Source: Candidatus Saccharimonadales bacterium
GTDB lineage: Bacteria > Patescibacteriota > Saccharimonadia > Saccharimonadales > JAYRRP01
Direction: 5' to 3'
Length of the DNA stretch: 64,000 nucleotides
Assembly (NCBI GenBank): GCA_041910055.1
Contig: JAYRRP010000004.1
Span: 67,804 to 131,803, forward strand
Position numbers and translations under genes: made by a program. The notes under the pieces are model-generated. The model was given only the letters and a program-made list of their open reading frames with translations. It was not told the DNA's origin and ran no database searches. This document shows positions 11,101-20,812 of the stretch, in pieces (position 1 is the first letter of the stretch; each line of letters starts with the position of its first letter).

Positions 11101-11706
11101 AAGCTTAATCATATGATTGCTGACAAGATTCATGCTCGCAGTACTGGGCCATATACTATGGTGACTCAGCAACCCCTTGGTGGAAAAGCCCAAAATGGGG
11201 GACAAAGATTTGGTGAAATGGAAGTTTGGGCTTTGGAAGCCTACGGCGCTGCGAACACCTTGCAGGAAATGCTCACCATAAAATCTGATGATGTCTATGG
11301 TCGCTCAAAAGCTTACGAAGCGATTATCAAGAATACTGAGATTGTAGGACCTAAGGTACCAGAAAGCTTTAATGTGCTTGTGAAAGAGTTGCAAGGTTTA
11401 GGGCTAAAGGTTGACCTCTTTAGCAGCTCCAAGGTTGTGGATGCGGAAGATGTACTCGCAACCAATATTAAAGATGAGGCTGAACATTTGGCTGATGTAG
11501 ATGTGCCGGCACCAGAGATTTCCGAGGTTGATGTTACTCAAGACGTCGTGGAAGATGAATTTGCAGTCTTGGGACTGGAGGATGAACCCCCGCAGGATAA
11601 GACAAATGATGAAAAGGTAGAGGCAAGCCCAGAACATCCAACTGTCACCACTGAAGAGCTTAGCCAGACATCTGAAAAACAAGTTGATCACAAGGAGGCA
11701 GCGTAA
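8110..11706 (+). CDS. rpoB: RNA polymerase beta subunit (alternative start 8086)
   Basis: SSQLSQFMDQ, ETPEGANIG, GDKLGGRHGNKG, GGQRFGEME; acidic C-terminal tail. Confidence 0.99.
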   Translation: MAGASTRSLKKRQYFSKNTDEVIQLPNLVDHQNASFQWFIEQGLGELLQEVSPIDDYTGTKLSLSFTDYRFDKPKLTEAEARENNVSFEAPLKATVELTNKVTGEIKKQEIYLGDYPWMTSRGTFVINGAERVVVSQLIRSAGVFFTADPHGTTNLFGAKVIPGRGAWLEFETAASGAMYVKIDRKRKIAVTTLLRALGLSEADMRDKFAHVDKGNLNYLDATLEKDPARGVNEALIEVFRRLRPGDLATVENARSLLENMFYNFKRFDFSRVGRYKINKRLDLKVPNTIEHRVMRLDDLVAIVAEIIRLNNTQEAADDIDSLANRRVKLVGELVQRQFRIGLLRMERNTKDRMSMSEIETVTPAQLINARPVVAAVREFFASSQLSQFMDQINPLSELAHKRRLSSMGPGGLSRERAGFEVRDAHATHYGRICPVETPEGANIGLVLNLASYARINEYGFIETPYRKVVNALSATKAVGHIASVNLEDKDGRLIVKAGQKITAADAKKLERVKDRATWPIKAKVTSEIVYLDASEEDQAVIASAGEEVDESGYFINERVSARNRLVSGEVDADEVTHIDASRRQVIGSSAALIPFIEKNYVYRSLMGSNQQRQAVPLINPVAPIVGTGMEGSAADNSGQLIQAEAAGEVTKATAEEVVVKYKGQVAHYYPQHFVRSNEGTSINQKVVVATGQKVAKGEALIEGMSINNSELALGRDLVVAFMPWSGYNFEDAIIISRKLVEDDSLTSVHIVDFMTEVRETKLGPEIVTRDIPNVSEEALRHLDEDGIVRIGAEVHPGDILVGKITPKGEQELSSEERLLRAIFGEKAKEVRDTSQRMSNGKHGKVVGVKIFSRELGHDLKAGVIMQIQIYVAQMRKIAVGDKLGGRHGNKGVIARVLPTEDMPFMEDGTPVDIILNPLGVPSRMNVGQLFETHLGMAARALGIKVASPSFNGVPTTKIQELLKEAGLPDDGKQQLYDGRTGEQFKERTTVGSMYMIKLNHMIADKIHARSTGPYTMVTQQPLGGKAQNGGQRFGEMEVWALEAYGAANTLQEMLTIKSDDVYGRSKAYEAIIKNTEIVGPKVPESFNVLVKELQGLGLKVDLFSSSKVVDAEDVLATNIKDEAEHLADVDVPAPEISEVDVTQDVVEDEFAVLGLEDEPPQDKTNDEKVEASPEHPTVTTEELSQTSEKQVDHKEAA

Positions 11707-11711
11707 ACATT

Positions 11712-14700
11712 ATGAGACGATACCAAAACGGAACGAACATCGCTGATTTTGACGCAGTCCGTCTCGCGGTCGCCAGCCCTGAAGATATTATGGACTGGTC
11801 ATACGGCGAAGTCACGAAGCCTGAGACTATCAACTATCGGACACAAAAACCCGAAAGAGATGGATTGTTTTGTGAACGAATTTTCGGACCTGTTAAAGAC
11901 ATTAGCCCACATGATGCGAAGTACAAAGGGGTGCGATCCAGGGAAGCAGCAGTCGACAAAAATGGTGAGATTGTTACCAAATCGATTGTCCGCCGTGAAC
12001 GTATGGGACATATTGCTTTGGCGTCACCTGTTGCACACATCTGGTTTCTTCGAGGAACTCCATCAGCTATTGGGCTGGTACTCGGTATGACCGTTAAAAG
12101 TCTTGAGCGCGTAACTTACTTCGCGAACTATATTATTAAGTCAGTTGATACCGCAAAGCGTGACCAGATTGCCGCTGATAAAGAAGCTGAATTCAATGCG
12201 GCCAAAGAGGCAATCCGTCTACGTAACGAGGAAGAAGCTAAAAAGGCCGATCCAGGTCAGGTAAAAGAGATTGCTGAACGACAGACTAAAGAACTAGAGC
12301 AGCTCACTAAAGACTATGAACAGACTAAGAGTCAGTTGGATGTACTGCAAAAGTACAACTTGATTGGTGAAACTGAATATCGGGCTTTGCCTGATGATCT
12401 CCGCAGCCTTGTACAAGTTGGCATGGGCGGAACCGCCTTAAAAGACTTACTAGAAGAAATTAACCTTCCTGAGCTGATTGAAAAACTTACCAAGGAGTCC
12501 GAAGAGGCGAAAGGACAGCGAAAAAAGAAACTTATGAAAAGGATGCGACTGCTTGAAAGCATGAGTCGGGCAGACATTAAGCCAAGCAGTTTGTGTTTGA
12601 CAGTGTTGCCTGTCATCCCTCCAGACCTTCGTCCTATGGTGCAGCTCACCGGTGGCCGGTTCGCAACCAGTGACTTGAATGATCTTTACCGGCGTGTCAT
12701 TAACCGCAATAACCGGTTAAAGAAATTGATTGAATTAAATGCACCTGAAGTCATTCGTCGTAATGAACAGCGTATGCTGCAAGAGGCAGTTGATGCCTTG
12801 ATTGATAATGGCAATGCGCGGTCGGGGCGAGCGGTTGCCGCCACAGGTCGACGCCGTCGCCTAAAATCACTGAGCGACATGCTCAAAGGCAAACAAGGCC
12901 GTTTCCGCCAGAATTTGCTTGGAAAAAGAGTAGATTACTCAGGTCGTTCTGTTATTGTGGCTGGACCTGAACTAAAAATTAATCAATGTGGTTTGCCAAA
13001 GATGATGGCGCTCGAGTTATTCAAGCCTATGGTGATTGGCAACCTCATTGCCAATGAGCAAGCACATAATATTCGGAGTGCAACCCGCATGATTGAAGCG
13101 GGTGAAACTGCAGTTTGGGATGCGCTTGATGAGGTAATTAAAGAAAAGTATGTGCTTTTAAACCGAGCTCCCAGCTTGCACCGGTTAAGCATTCAAGCAT
13201 TTCAACCAATTTTGATTGAGGGGAAGGCTATACAGCTGCATCCTTTGGTGTGTAAGGGCTTCAACGCTGATTTTGATGGTGACCAAATGGCGGTACACCT
13301 GCCACTTTCCAGGGCTGCCCAAGCCGAAGCCGATGAAATCATGGCTGCCAATAAAAACCTGTTAAAACCAGCAGATGGCTCGCCGATACTACATATTGAA
13401 CAGGATATCGTGCTCGGCTGCTATTACTTAACTTATGAGCGTGAGGGCCGACAGGCAAGTTCACGAACGGTACGAAGTTTCATAGCAATAGATGAAGCAA
13501 TTATGGCATACGACAAAGACGAAATTACACTGCAAAGTTCTGTGCGGGCGCCCTTTAGGGGAGAAGTGCGGGTAACTACACTAGGACGTTTGCTCTTTAA
13601 TGAACTCTTTCCCGAGGATTTCCCTTTTCAGGATGCGGCCATGACAAAGAAAAAATTGCAGGCAGTCATGACACAGGTTTATCACCGCTATGGACAAACT
13701 CAGACTGCCGAAATTGCTGATAACCTAAAAGACATTGGTTTTCTCTATGCAACAAAATCAGGATTATCAATGGGAATGGGAGATTTCAGCGATATTAAGC
13801 AACTTGGGTCGATATTAGACAAAGGTGAAAAGAAATCAGTTGAAATTAGCCAGCAGTATGACCAAGGATTTATTACTGATGAAGAACGTTACCGCCTAAC
13901 CGTTGAGAATTGGATGGAAACTGACGCTGCGGTTCAAACAGCACTGAGTGAGCAATTCTCTGCTGAAGATAGTGCCATGTCTACTGCGGTAGTGTCCGGC
14001 GCCAGGGGTAATATTGGTCAAGTAAAAACAGCTGTCGGCATGCTTGGCGTGACCACAGATGCGACTGGGCGGGCAATCGAGTTGCCGATTCGCTCTAACT
14101 ACAAAGGGGGACTTACTCCGCTTGAGTACTTTACGGCTACCCGGGGTGCTCGAAAAGGTATGATTGACACTGCCCTTAAGACTGCCGATTCTGGTTATCT
14201 TACACGAAGACTTGTTGATGTAAGCCAGGATGTATTTACAATTGACGAAGAAGTTGATGATCCAGGGCTATCTATTTACCGACAAGATTCAGAAGATATA
14301 GGGGTATCTTACGCTTTGCGATTGCAGGGTCGTTTTACTGCAGAAAAAATTACAGGTTATGTCAAAAAGGGTCAGCTAATCACCAAAGATATCGCTGAAA
14401 AGATTGAAGCAGATAAAAAGCTCGACGGCATAAAAATTATGTCTGTCCTGAGTTGTAGCAGTGTGCGTGGGGTCAGTCGTAAATCATATGGAATAGATCC
14501 GGCGACCGGCGAACTTGTTTCCGATCACCACCCTATAGGAGTGATTGCGGCGCAGAGCATCGGCGAACCTGGCACACAGTTAACTCTTCGAACATTTCAC
14601 TCTGGTGGAGTGGCTGGTGAAGACATCACTACTGGTCTACCTCGTGTTGAGGAGCTTTTTGAAGTCCGCACGCCCAAAGGACAAGCCTATTTGTCTGAAA

Positions 14701-15524
14701 TTGACGGTGTAGTATCTGTATGGGAAGAAGGCGATCACTACATTGTGCAAGTGCTCGCTGAGGACGCGAAGGCCATCGAAATACCACTGAAAGGTCGTAA
14801 ACCACAAATCTCCAATGGCTCAGAAGTAGCGAAGGGTGATGTATTAGCAGCTGATAAAAACGACAAGAAACCACTGGTTGCACCCGCAGAAGGCCGCGTG
14901 GAAATCGTGAAGGGTGCCATTTTAATTGTACCCAGCGGAAAGGGACTGATGAGATATGAAATCCCAGGCTTTAAACAATTAAGTGTCAAGGATGGCGACC
15001 GAGTCATTGCCGGCCAACGATTGACAAATGGTTCAATCAATCTCCATGAGCTCATGCGACTTCAGGGTGTGGAATCAACCCAACGGTATATAATGAATGA
15101 AATCCTGAAGATTTTTGCTTCACAGGGACAAAATATTGCTGATAAACACCTCGAGGTAATTGTGCGACAAATGTTCAGTCGCGTCCAGATTGAGGATGCG
15201 GGGGACAGTGAGTTTGTGACAGGTGATATTGTGAGTAAACAAGCTGTAGTTGACCAAAACGAGGAGCTGACAAAGGATGGCAAACAGCCAGCGAAATATA
15301 GTCAGTTGCTCTTAGGCATTACCAAGGCGTCACTTTCTACTGATTCGTTTTTGAGTGCGGCGAGCTTTCAGGACACCACAAGGGTTCTTATTAGTGCCGC
15401 AACGAGTGGAAAGGTTGACCATTTATACGGTTTGAAAGAAAACGTAATACTGGGGCGAAGTATTCCGGTCGGTACTGGCTTTGCACAACAACATGAGGGA
15501 GAGTCCGTTGACGATAATGAATAA
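11712..15524 (+). CDS. rpoC: RNA polymerase beta-prime subunit
   Basis: NADFDGD catalytic motif, GKRVDYSGRSVI, GEPGTQLTLRTFH. Confidence 0.99.
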   Translation: MRRYQNGTNIADFDAVRLAVASPEDIMDWSYGEVTKPETINYRTQKPERDGLFCERIFGPVKDISPHDAKYKGVRSREAAVDKNGEIVTKSIVRRERMGHIALASPVAHIWFLRGTPSAIGLVLGMTVKSLERVTYFANYIIKSVDTAKRDQIAADKEAEFNAAKEAIRLRNEEEAKKADPGQVKEIAERQTKELEQLTKDYEQTKSQLDVLQKYNLIGETEYRALPDDLRSLVQVGMGGTALKDLLEEINLPELIEKLTKESEEAKGQRKKKLMKRMRLLESMSRADIKPSSLCLTVLPVIPPDLRPMVQLTGGRFATSDLNDLYRRVINRNNRLKKLIELNAPEVIRRNEQRMLQEAVDALIDNGNARSGRAVAATGRRRRLKSLSDMLKGKQGRFRQNLLGKRVDYSGRSVIVAGPELKINQCGLPKMMALELFKPMVIGNLIANEQAHNIRSATRMIEAGETAVWDALDEVIKEKYVLLNRAPSLHRLSIQAFQPILIEGKAIQLHPLVCKGFNADFDGDQMAVHLPLSRAAQAEADEIMAANKNLLKPADGSPILHIEQDIVLGCYYLTYEREGRQASSRTVRSFIAIDEAIMAYDKDEITLQSSVRAPFRGEVRVTTLGRLLFNELFPEDFPFQDAAMTKKKLQAVMTQVYHRYGQTQTAEIADNLKDIGFLYATKSGLSMGMGDFSDIKQLGSILDKGEKKSVEISQQYDQGFITDEERYRLTVENWMETDAAVQTALSEQFSAEDSAMSTAVVSGARGNIGQVKTAVGMLGVTTDATGRAIELPIRSNYKGGLTPLEYFTATRGARKGMIDTALKTADSGYLTRRLVDVSQDVFTIDEEVDDPGLSIYRQDSEDIGVSYALRLQGRFTAEKITGYVKKGQLITKDIAEKIEADKKLDGIKIMSVLSCSSVRGVSRKSYGIDPATGELVSDHHPIGVIAAQSIGEPGTQLTLRTFHSGGVAGEDITTGLPRVEELFEVRTPKGQAYLSEIDGVVSVWEEGDHYIVQVLAEDAKAIEIPLKGRKPQISNGSEVAKGDVLAADKNDKKPLVAPAEGRVEIVKGAILIVPSGKGLMRYEIPGFKQLSVKDGDRVIAGQRLTNGSINLHELMRLQGVESTQRYIMNEILKIFASQGQNIADKHLEVIVRQMFSRVQIEDAGDSEFVTGDIVSKQAVVDQNEELTKDGKQPAKYSQLLLGITKASLSTDSFLSAASFQDTTRVLISAATSGKVDHLYGLKENVILGRSIPVGTGFAQQHEGESVDDNE

Positions 15525-15548
15525 AGCTGTTAGTGTAGGAATCTAAAT

Positions 15549-15962
15549 ATGCCTACAATTAATCAATTAGTTCGCAAACCACGTAGCAAGTCTGCAATAA
15601 AGTCCAAGTCACCTGCTTTAATGCGTGTAACGAACAACTTAAAAACTCGACACTATGAAAAAGCAGCTCCATTCAAACGTGGTGTGTGCGTGAAAGTGAC
15701 TACAAAAACCCCGAAAAAGCCAAACTCAGCGCTTCGTAAAGTTGCCCGGGTACGATTAACGAATGGATACGAAGTTTGGGCGTATATAGGTGGCGAGGGA
15801 CATAACCTGCAAGAGCATGCGGTTGTCATGGTTCGTGGTGGCCGCGTGAAAGATTTGCCAGGTGTGCGTTATCACATAGTACGAGGCAGCCTGGACTTGC
15901 AGGGCGTACAGGATCGCAAACAAGGCCGCTCAAAGTATGGCACTAAGAAGGCAGGAAAATAA
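15549..15962 (+). CDS. rpsL: 30S ribosomal protein S12
   Basis: [30 protein letters not shown]. Confidence 0.99.
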   Translation: MPTINQLVRKPRSKSAIKSKSPALMRVTNNLKTRHYEKAAPFKRGVCVKVTTKTPKKPNSALRKVARVRLTNGYEVWAYIGGEGHNLQEHAVVMVRGGRVKDLPGVRYHIVRGSLDLQGVQDRKQGRSKYGTKKAGK

Positions 15963-15965
15963 GCG

Positions 15966-16445
15966 ATGCCACGTAAAAAAACCAAGTCTTTAGTGCGCCC
16001 AATCCAACCGGACCGTGTCTATCAGAGCGTACAAGTCCAACGTGTAATCAACCGTGTAATGCAAGACGGCAAGAAGCAGATGGCGGAACGGTTGATGTAT
16101 GGTGGTATGCAGAAGGCGGCTGACAAATTAAAGGTCAAGAACCCAATTGAAGTATTTGAGCAAGCTTTTAGAAATGTTCAGCCACATATGGAGACGCGGT
16201 CACGACGTGTCGGTGGCGCCAACTATCAGATACCATTTGAAGTGAAGGGGCAGCGCCAAACCCATTTGACCACTATGTGGTTTGTTGACGCTGCACGGGC
16301 ACGCAAAGGTATGAGCATGGAAGACCGCATAGCCCTTGAGTTAGTCGACGCCTACAACAACCAAGGTGCTGCCGTCAAAAAGAAGGAAGACACTCACAAG
16401 ATGGCTGAAGCCAATCGTGCCTTTGCCCACTTCGCGAGATACTAA
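15966..16445 (+). CDS. rpsG: 30S ribosomal protein S7
   Basis: RRVGGANYQIP, HKMAEANRAFAH. Confidence 0.98.
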   Translation: MPRKKTKSLVRPIQPDRVYQSVQVQRVINRVMQDGKKQMAERLMYGGMQKAADKLKVKNPIEVFEQAFRNVQPHMETRSRRVGGANYQIPFEVKGQRQTHLTTMWFVDAARARKGMSMEDRIALELVDAYNNQGAAVKKKEDTHKMAEANRAFAHFARY

Positions 16446-16448
16446 GTT

Positions 16449-16526
16449 ATGGCTATGGCGTGCGAAAATTGTCCATTTCAAGCAGCTTTGGATACTGCCG
16501 CAAAAATAAAGGAACACCATGACTAA
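16449..16526 (+). CDS. Putative 25-aa micro-[28 protein letters not shown]
   Basis: Starts 3 nt after the rpsG stop and overlaps the next start; CxxC motif; below the ORF-track cutoff. Confidence 0.3.
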   Translation: MAMACENCPFQAALDTAAKIKEHHD

Positions 16527-16866
16527 GTATACTTGTGAATTATTTGCAGAAAACCCTCCATACTCAGAAGATGTTTCCTTATTCAAAGCACGCATTGAAC
16601 CACCATTACCTGTATTACCAGAGCAAGCATTAGAAGACTATCATTATGACGGAATAGAAGTGAAGCATTACGCAACCACAGAGAGTGCCACTGTATATCA
16701 AATAGATCACACAAGGGAACAGCTTAACCATGGGGAGCGAACACAACAAGTCGTTAGTTTTCTTAATGACATTCTGGTAGTACTCAATAGTGTGGAGGCA
16801 AATGATCCTAGTGTGTGGGCACAAGGTGAAACAAGACTAGATATTCAACCAACAGGAGAAATGTAG
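16519..16866 (+). CDS. Hypothetical acidic protein inserted between rpsG and fusA
   Basis: AAGGA RBS upstream; stop 1 nt before the fusA ATG. Confidence 0.65.
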   Translation: MTKYTCELFAENPPYSEDVSLFKARIEPPLPVLPEQALEDYHYDGIEVKHYATTESATVYQIDHTREQLNHGERTQQVVSFLNDILVVLNSVEANDPSVWAQGETRLDIQPTGEM

Positions 16867-16867
16867 A

Positions 16868-18955
16868 ATGGCAAACAAAAAGTACCCCCTGGATAAACTA
16901 CGGAACATTGGCATTATTGCTCACATTGATGCTGGGAAAACAACGACGACGGAAGGTATTCTGTATCGCACTGGCTTGAAGCACAAAATTGGCGCAGTTC
17001 ATGAGGGTGAAACAACTACAGACTGGATGGCGCAGGAACGTGAACGTGGCATCACCATTGTGTCTGCAGCGGTATCATGTTACTGGAAAGATCACCAGAT
17101 TAATATAATCGACACCCCAGGGCATATTGACTTTACTGTTGAAGTAGAGCGGTCTTTACGGGTCTTGGACGGGGCAGTGGTAGTTTTTGATGGCAAGATG
17201 GGCGTCGAGAGTCAATCTGAGACAGTCTGGCGCCAAGCGGATAAGTACGGAGTTCCGCGCATTTGTTTTATTAATAAGATCAACCAAACGGGTGGAGATT
17301 TCTATAAGTCTCTTGACTCTATCCATCATCGGCTCAGTAAACGGGCTTTTCCAATTCATCTTCCAATTGGCTTTGAGCAAGGCGTCAACGGTGTAGTCGA
17401 TTTGGTAAGTATGAAAGCCTATACCTATAAGAACTTTACAGATAAAGAGCTCTTAGAAGGCGATGTTCCGGCAGATCTTATGGATAAGGCTAAAAAATAC
17501 CGGAGCCTTCTCATTGAAAATGCAGTGGCCGAAGATGAAAAAATGCTTGAGAAATATTTTGATGTTGGCGAAGAGGGACTAAGCGAAGCAGAGATTAAGC
17601 AAGCTATTCGAAGTGCGATTCTTCAGGGTGATTTCTTTGTAGTAACTGGCGGTGATGGTCGTGGGGTGATCGTTGAGAAATTACTTGATTTAGTAACCGA
17701 ACTTTTGCCAAGTCCGATTGACCGTGGTGCCACCTGGGGCACTCATCCAAAAACCGGTGAGGAAGTAGAAAGACAACCTGCCGAAGACCAACCATTTGCT
17801 GCTTTGGCTTTTAAGATTGCCACTGATCCATTTGTGGGAAAACTGGCATATTTTCGAGTTTATTCAGGCAAACTACAGGCGGGCTCCTATGTACTGAACA
17901 GTTCTACTGGAGAGAAAGAACGGGTTGGCCGGATCGTCCGAATGCAGGCCGATAAACGTGAAGATGTTACAGAGGTAGGGGCAGGTGACATTGCTGCCAT
18001 CGTGGGACTGAAAGGCACCACCACCGGCAACACCTTATGCGAAGCCAATAATCCGATTGTCCTGGAAAGTATTACATTCCCTGAACCACCAGTATCAATT
18101 GCTATTGAACCAAAAACTAAGAGCGACCAAGAGAAAATGTCGACTGCACTTCAACGATTGGCTGAAGAGGATCCAACCTTTCGCATTAAAGTAGACGATG
18201 AAACTGGCCAAACGATTATCAGCGGCATGGGGGAATTGCATCTGGAAATTATCGTTGACCGGATGAAACGCGAATTCAACGTTGATGCCAATATTGGCCA
18301 ACCTCAAGTTGCATATCGGGAGACAATCCGTAAAGACAGTGTTGAAGCTGAGGGCAAATTTATCCGTCAAAGTGGTGGACGGGGGCAATACGGCCATGTC
18401 TGGGTACGGCTCAGTCAGAATGAGGCAGGCAAAGGCTTTGAATTTATTAATTCCATTAAAGGCGGGGTAGTACCAAGTGAATATATTAACCCCGTCAAGG
18501 CAGGTATTATAGAAGCTATGAGCAATGGCGTTATCGCGGGTTATCCTGTCGTCGACATCAAGGCAGAACTCTATGATGGAAGTTATCACGAAGTAGACTC
18601 ATCTGAAATGGCCTTTAAAATAGCTGGTTCAATCGCTCTGCAAGAAGGAGTGAAACACGCTGCGCCGGTTTTACTTGAACCCATTATGAAAGTAGTGGTA
18701 GTAACACCCGAAGAGTTTATGGGTGATGTAATTGGAGATCTAAATGCCAAGCGTGGTCGCATTGAACTCATGGAAGACCTCAACCCAGGCGTGAAAGAAG
18801 TAACTGCCTATGTGCCTTTAGGTGAAATGTTTGGTTATACCACTAACCTTCGCAGCATGACGCAAGGGCGAGCTAGCTCCAGCATGGAGCTTGACCATTA
18901 CCAGGATGTGCCTAACAATGTCGCAGAAGCGATAATTGCAAAAAGTAGCAAATAA
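16868..18955 (+). CDS. fusA: Elongation factor G (atypical G4/G5 motifs)
   Basis: [49 protein letters not shown]. Confidence 0.99.
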   Translation: MANKKYPLDKLRNIGIIAHIDAGKTTTTEGILYRTGLKHKIGAVHEGETTTDWMAQERERGITIVSAAVSCYWKDHQINIIDTPGHIDFTVEVERSLRVLDGAVVVFDGKMGVESQSETVWRQADKYGVPRICFINKINQTGGDFYKSLDSIHHRLSKRAFPIHLPIGFEQGVNGVVDLVSMKAYTYKNFTDKELLEGDVPADLMDKAKKYRSLLIENAVAEDEKMLEKYFDVGEEGLSEAEIKQAIRSAILQGDFFVVTGGDGRGVIVEKLLDLVTELLPSPIDRGATWGTHPKTGEEVERQPAEDQPFAALAFKIATDPFVGKLAYFRVYSGKLQAGSYVLNSSTGEKERVGRIVRMQADKREDVTEVGAGDIAAIVGLKGTTTGNTLCEANNPIVLESITFPEPPVSIAIEPKTKSDQEKMSTALQRLAEEDPTFRIKVDDETGQTIISGMGELHLEIIVDRMKREFNVDANIGQPQVAYRETIRKDSVEAEGKFIRQSGGRGQYGHVWVRLSQNEAGKGFEFINSIKGGVVPSEYINPVKAGIIEAMSNGVIAGYPVVDIKAELYDGSYHEVDSSEMAFKIAGSIALQEGVKHAAPVLLEPIMKVVVVTPEEFMGDVIGDLNAKRGRIELMEDLNPGVKEVTAYVPLGEMFGYTTNLRSMTQGRASSSMELDHYQDVPNNVAEAIIAKSSK

Positions 18956-18967
18956 AAGCAAGTGGCA

Positions 18968-19138
18968 ATGAGTCATAGTATTGAGAATATCGCAATAGAA
19001 GTTATGTGTACCCAAAACTGCGATTTATCCTGTGATATGGAGAAATTTAAGAGATTCACTGAGCGGGAAATTAATTCCATTTCATTTTATATGAATATAC
19101 AAGTAGCGGCCGAGCCGAGTAGTTCTATTTACAAATAA
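18968..19138 (+). CDS. Putative 56-aa ORF with CxxxCxxxC between fusA and tuf
   Basis: MSHSIENIAIEVMCTQNCDLSCDMEKFKRF...YK*, read directly from the sequence. Confidence 0.4.
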   Translation: MSHSIENIAIEVMCTQNCDLSCDMEKFKRFTEREINSISFYMNIQVAAEPSSSIYK

Positions 19139-19156
19139 GTAGTTTTTCTCTATAAT
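19128..19156 (+). promoter_or_regulatory. Sigma-70-type promoter for tuf
   Basis: TTTACA-17 bp-TATAAT. Confidence 0.7.
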
Positions 19157-19230
19157 GCCGCAGTAATTCGTATGAGTGGAATCTTTATTCGTTCATGCAA
19201 ACATATCATTAAATCAGGAGAATCACACTA

Positions 19231-20415
19231 ATGGCAGAAAATTTTGACAGAAGTAAACCACACGTTAATGTTGGTACCATGGGTCACGTTGACCACGGTA
19301 AGACGACATTAACAGCGGCAATAACAGCGGTGCTAGCGAAGCGTATGCCAAGCAACGTCAATAAACCGATTGCTTATGACCAGATTGATAATGCTCCCGA
19401 GGAAAAAGCTCGAGGAATTACGATTGCAACCTCGCACCAGGAGTACGAAAGCGAAAAGCGACACTATGCCCACGTCGACATGCCGGGACACGCTGACTAC
19501 GTAAAGAACATGATTACCGGTGCGGCACAGGTTGATGGTGCCATTTTAGTAGTATCAGCTGCTGATGGCCCTATGCCGCAAACGCGTGAGCACGTACTGC
19601 TTGCCAAGCAAGTTGGTGTTCCATCCATCCTTGTGTTTATGAACAAAATGGACTTAGCCGACCCAGAATTAGTCGAATTAGTTGAGATGGATATTCGTGA
19701 ACTTCTGAAGAAATATGACTTTGATGAAAATGCACCCATCATCAAGGGTTCAGCCACTAAGGCGCTTGACGGTGACAAAGAGAACGAAGATGCAGTAATG
19801 GAACTAATCAAGGCTATGGATGAGTATATTCCAGAACCTAAGCGTGATCTTGATAAGCCGTTCCTCATGCCGATCGAAGACGTGTTCTCTATTAAGGGCC
19901 GCGGTACCGTGGCTACTGGGCGTGTTGAACAAGGTGTAGTTAAGGTGAACGAAGAAGTTGAGATCGTTGGTATACGGGATACCCGCAAGACAGTGGTAAC
20001 CGGCGTAGAGATGTTCAAGAAAAATCTCGATCAAGGACAAGCCGGTGATAACGTGGGTGTATTGCTCCGAGGTATTGAGCGCGATGACATTGAGCGCGGT
20101 CAAGTTCTGGCAAAGCCCGGTTCGATTACACCGCACACTGAATTTGAAAGCGAAGTTTACGTGCTGACTAAAGAGGAAGGTGGTCGTCATACGCCGTTCT
20201 TTAAAGGCTACAAACCACAGTTCTATTTCCGTACCACTGACGTGACAGGTGAAGTTGAGCTGCCAGCTGACAAAGAAATGGTAATGCCGGGAGACACTGT
20301 GACCTTTAAGGTGAAGCTGCTTGCCCCAATTGCCATGGAACAAGGTTTACGTTTTGCAATCCGTGAAGGTGGCCGCACTGTTGGTGCTGGAGTGGTGACC
20401 AAAATCAACAAGTAA
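19231..20415 (+). CDS. tuf: Elongation factor Tu
   Basis: [43 protein letters not shown]. Confidence 0.99.
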   Translation: MAENFDRSKPHVNVGTMGHVDHGKTTLTAAITAVLAKRMPSNVNKPIAYDQIDNAPEEKARGITIATSHQEYESEKRHYAHVDMPGHADYVKNMITGAAQVDGAILVVSAADGPMPQTREHVLLAKQVGVPSILVFMNKMDLADPELVELVEMDIRELLKKYDFDENAPIIKGSATKALDGDKENEDAVMELIKAMDEYIPEPKRDLDKPFLMPIEDVFSIKGRGTVATGRVEQGVVKVNEEVEIVGIRDTRKTVVTGVEMFKKNLDQGQAGDNVGVLLRGIERDDIERGQVLAKPGSITPHTEFESEVYVLTKEEGGRHTPFFKGYKPQFYFRTTDVTGEVELPADKEMVMPGDTVTFKVKLLAPIAMEQGLRFAIREGGRTVGAGVVTKINK

Positions 20416-20431
20416 GTTAACGGCAGATAAT

Positions 20432-20467
20432 AAAGAGAGCGGTTTTTTAGACCGTTCTTTTTATTTT
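20432..20467 (+). terminator. Rho-independent terminator after tuf
   Basis: AGAGCGGTT/GACCGTTCT stem followed by a T-rich tract. Confidence 0.7.
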
Positions 20468-20488
20468 AAGTAGTGTATACTGTTGCTT

Positions 20489-20812
20489 ATGGATTACGGT
20501 AGAAGAGACGTGGACAGATATAACTATATAAAATATAGCTCGGAAGTTCGTGATGAGTCATCTGAAACAATGCAGCGATTCTATGACCGTGTACATGAAT
20601 GGGCTGAACAGGCTGGAATTACACTTGGTGAAGGTGTAACTTACAGTTTTGATCATATGAATAGCCTGGGCGATAAAGTGCTTTACCTTTGCGCGCCGCT
20701 GGCTTCCGGAAATTGGGATGAAATTGAGCCGTATACATCTTATCCTGACGATGGTAACTGTATTAATGAGATTATCGAGTTAGGTGATCAGGGTAACCCT
20801 TTACTAACTTAA
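20489..20812 (+). CDS. Hypothetical acidic protein between tuf and rpsJ
   Basis: 107-aa ORF; TATACT -10 box 7 nt before the ATG. Confidence 0.6.
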   Translation: MDYGRRDVDRYNYIKYSSEVRDESSETMQRFYDRVHEWAEQAGITLGEGVTYSFDHMNSLGDKVLYLCAPLASGNWDEIEPYTSYPDDGNCINEIIELGDQGNPLLT

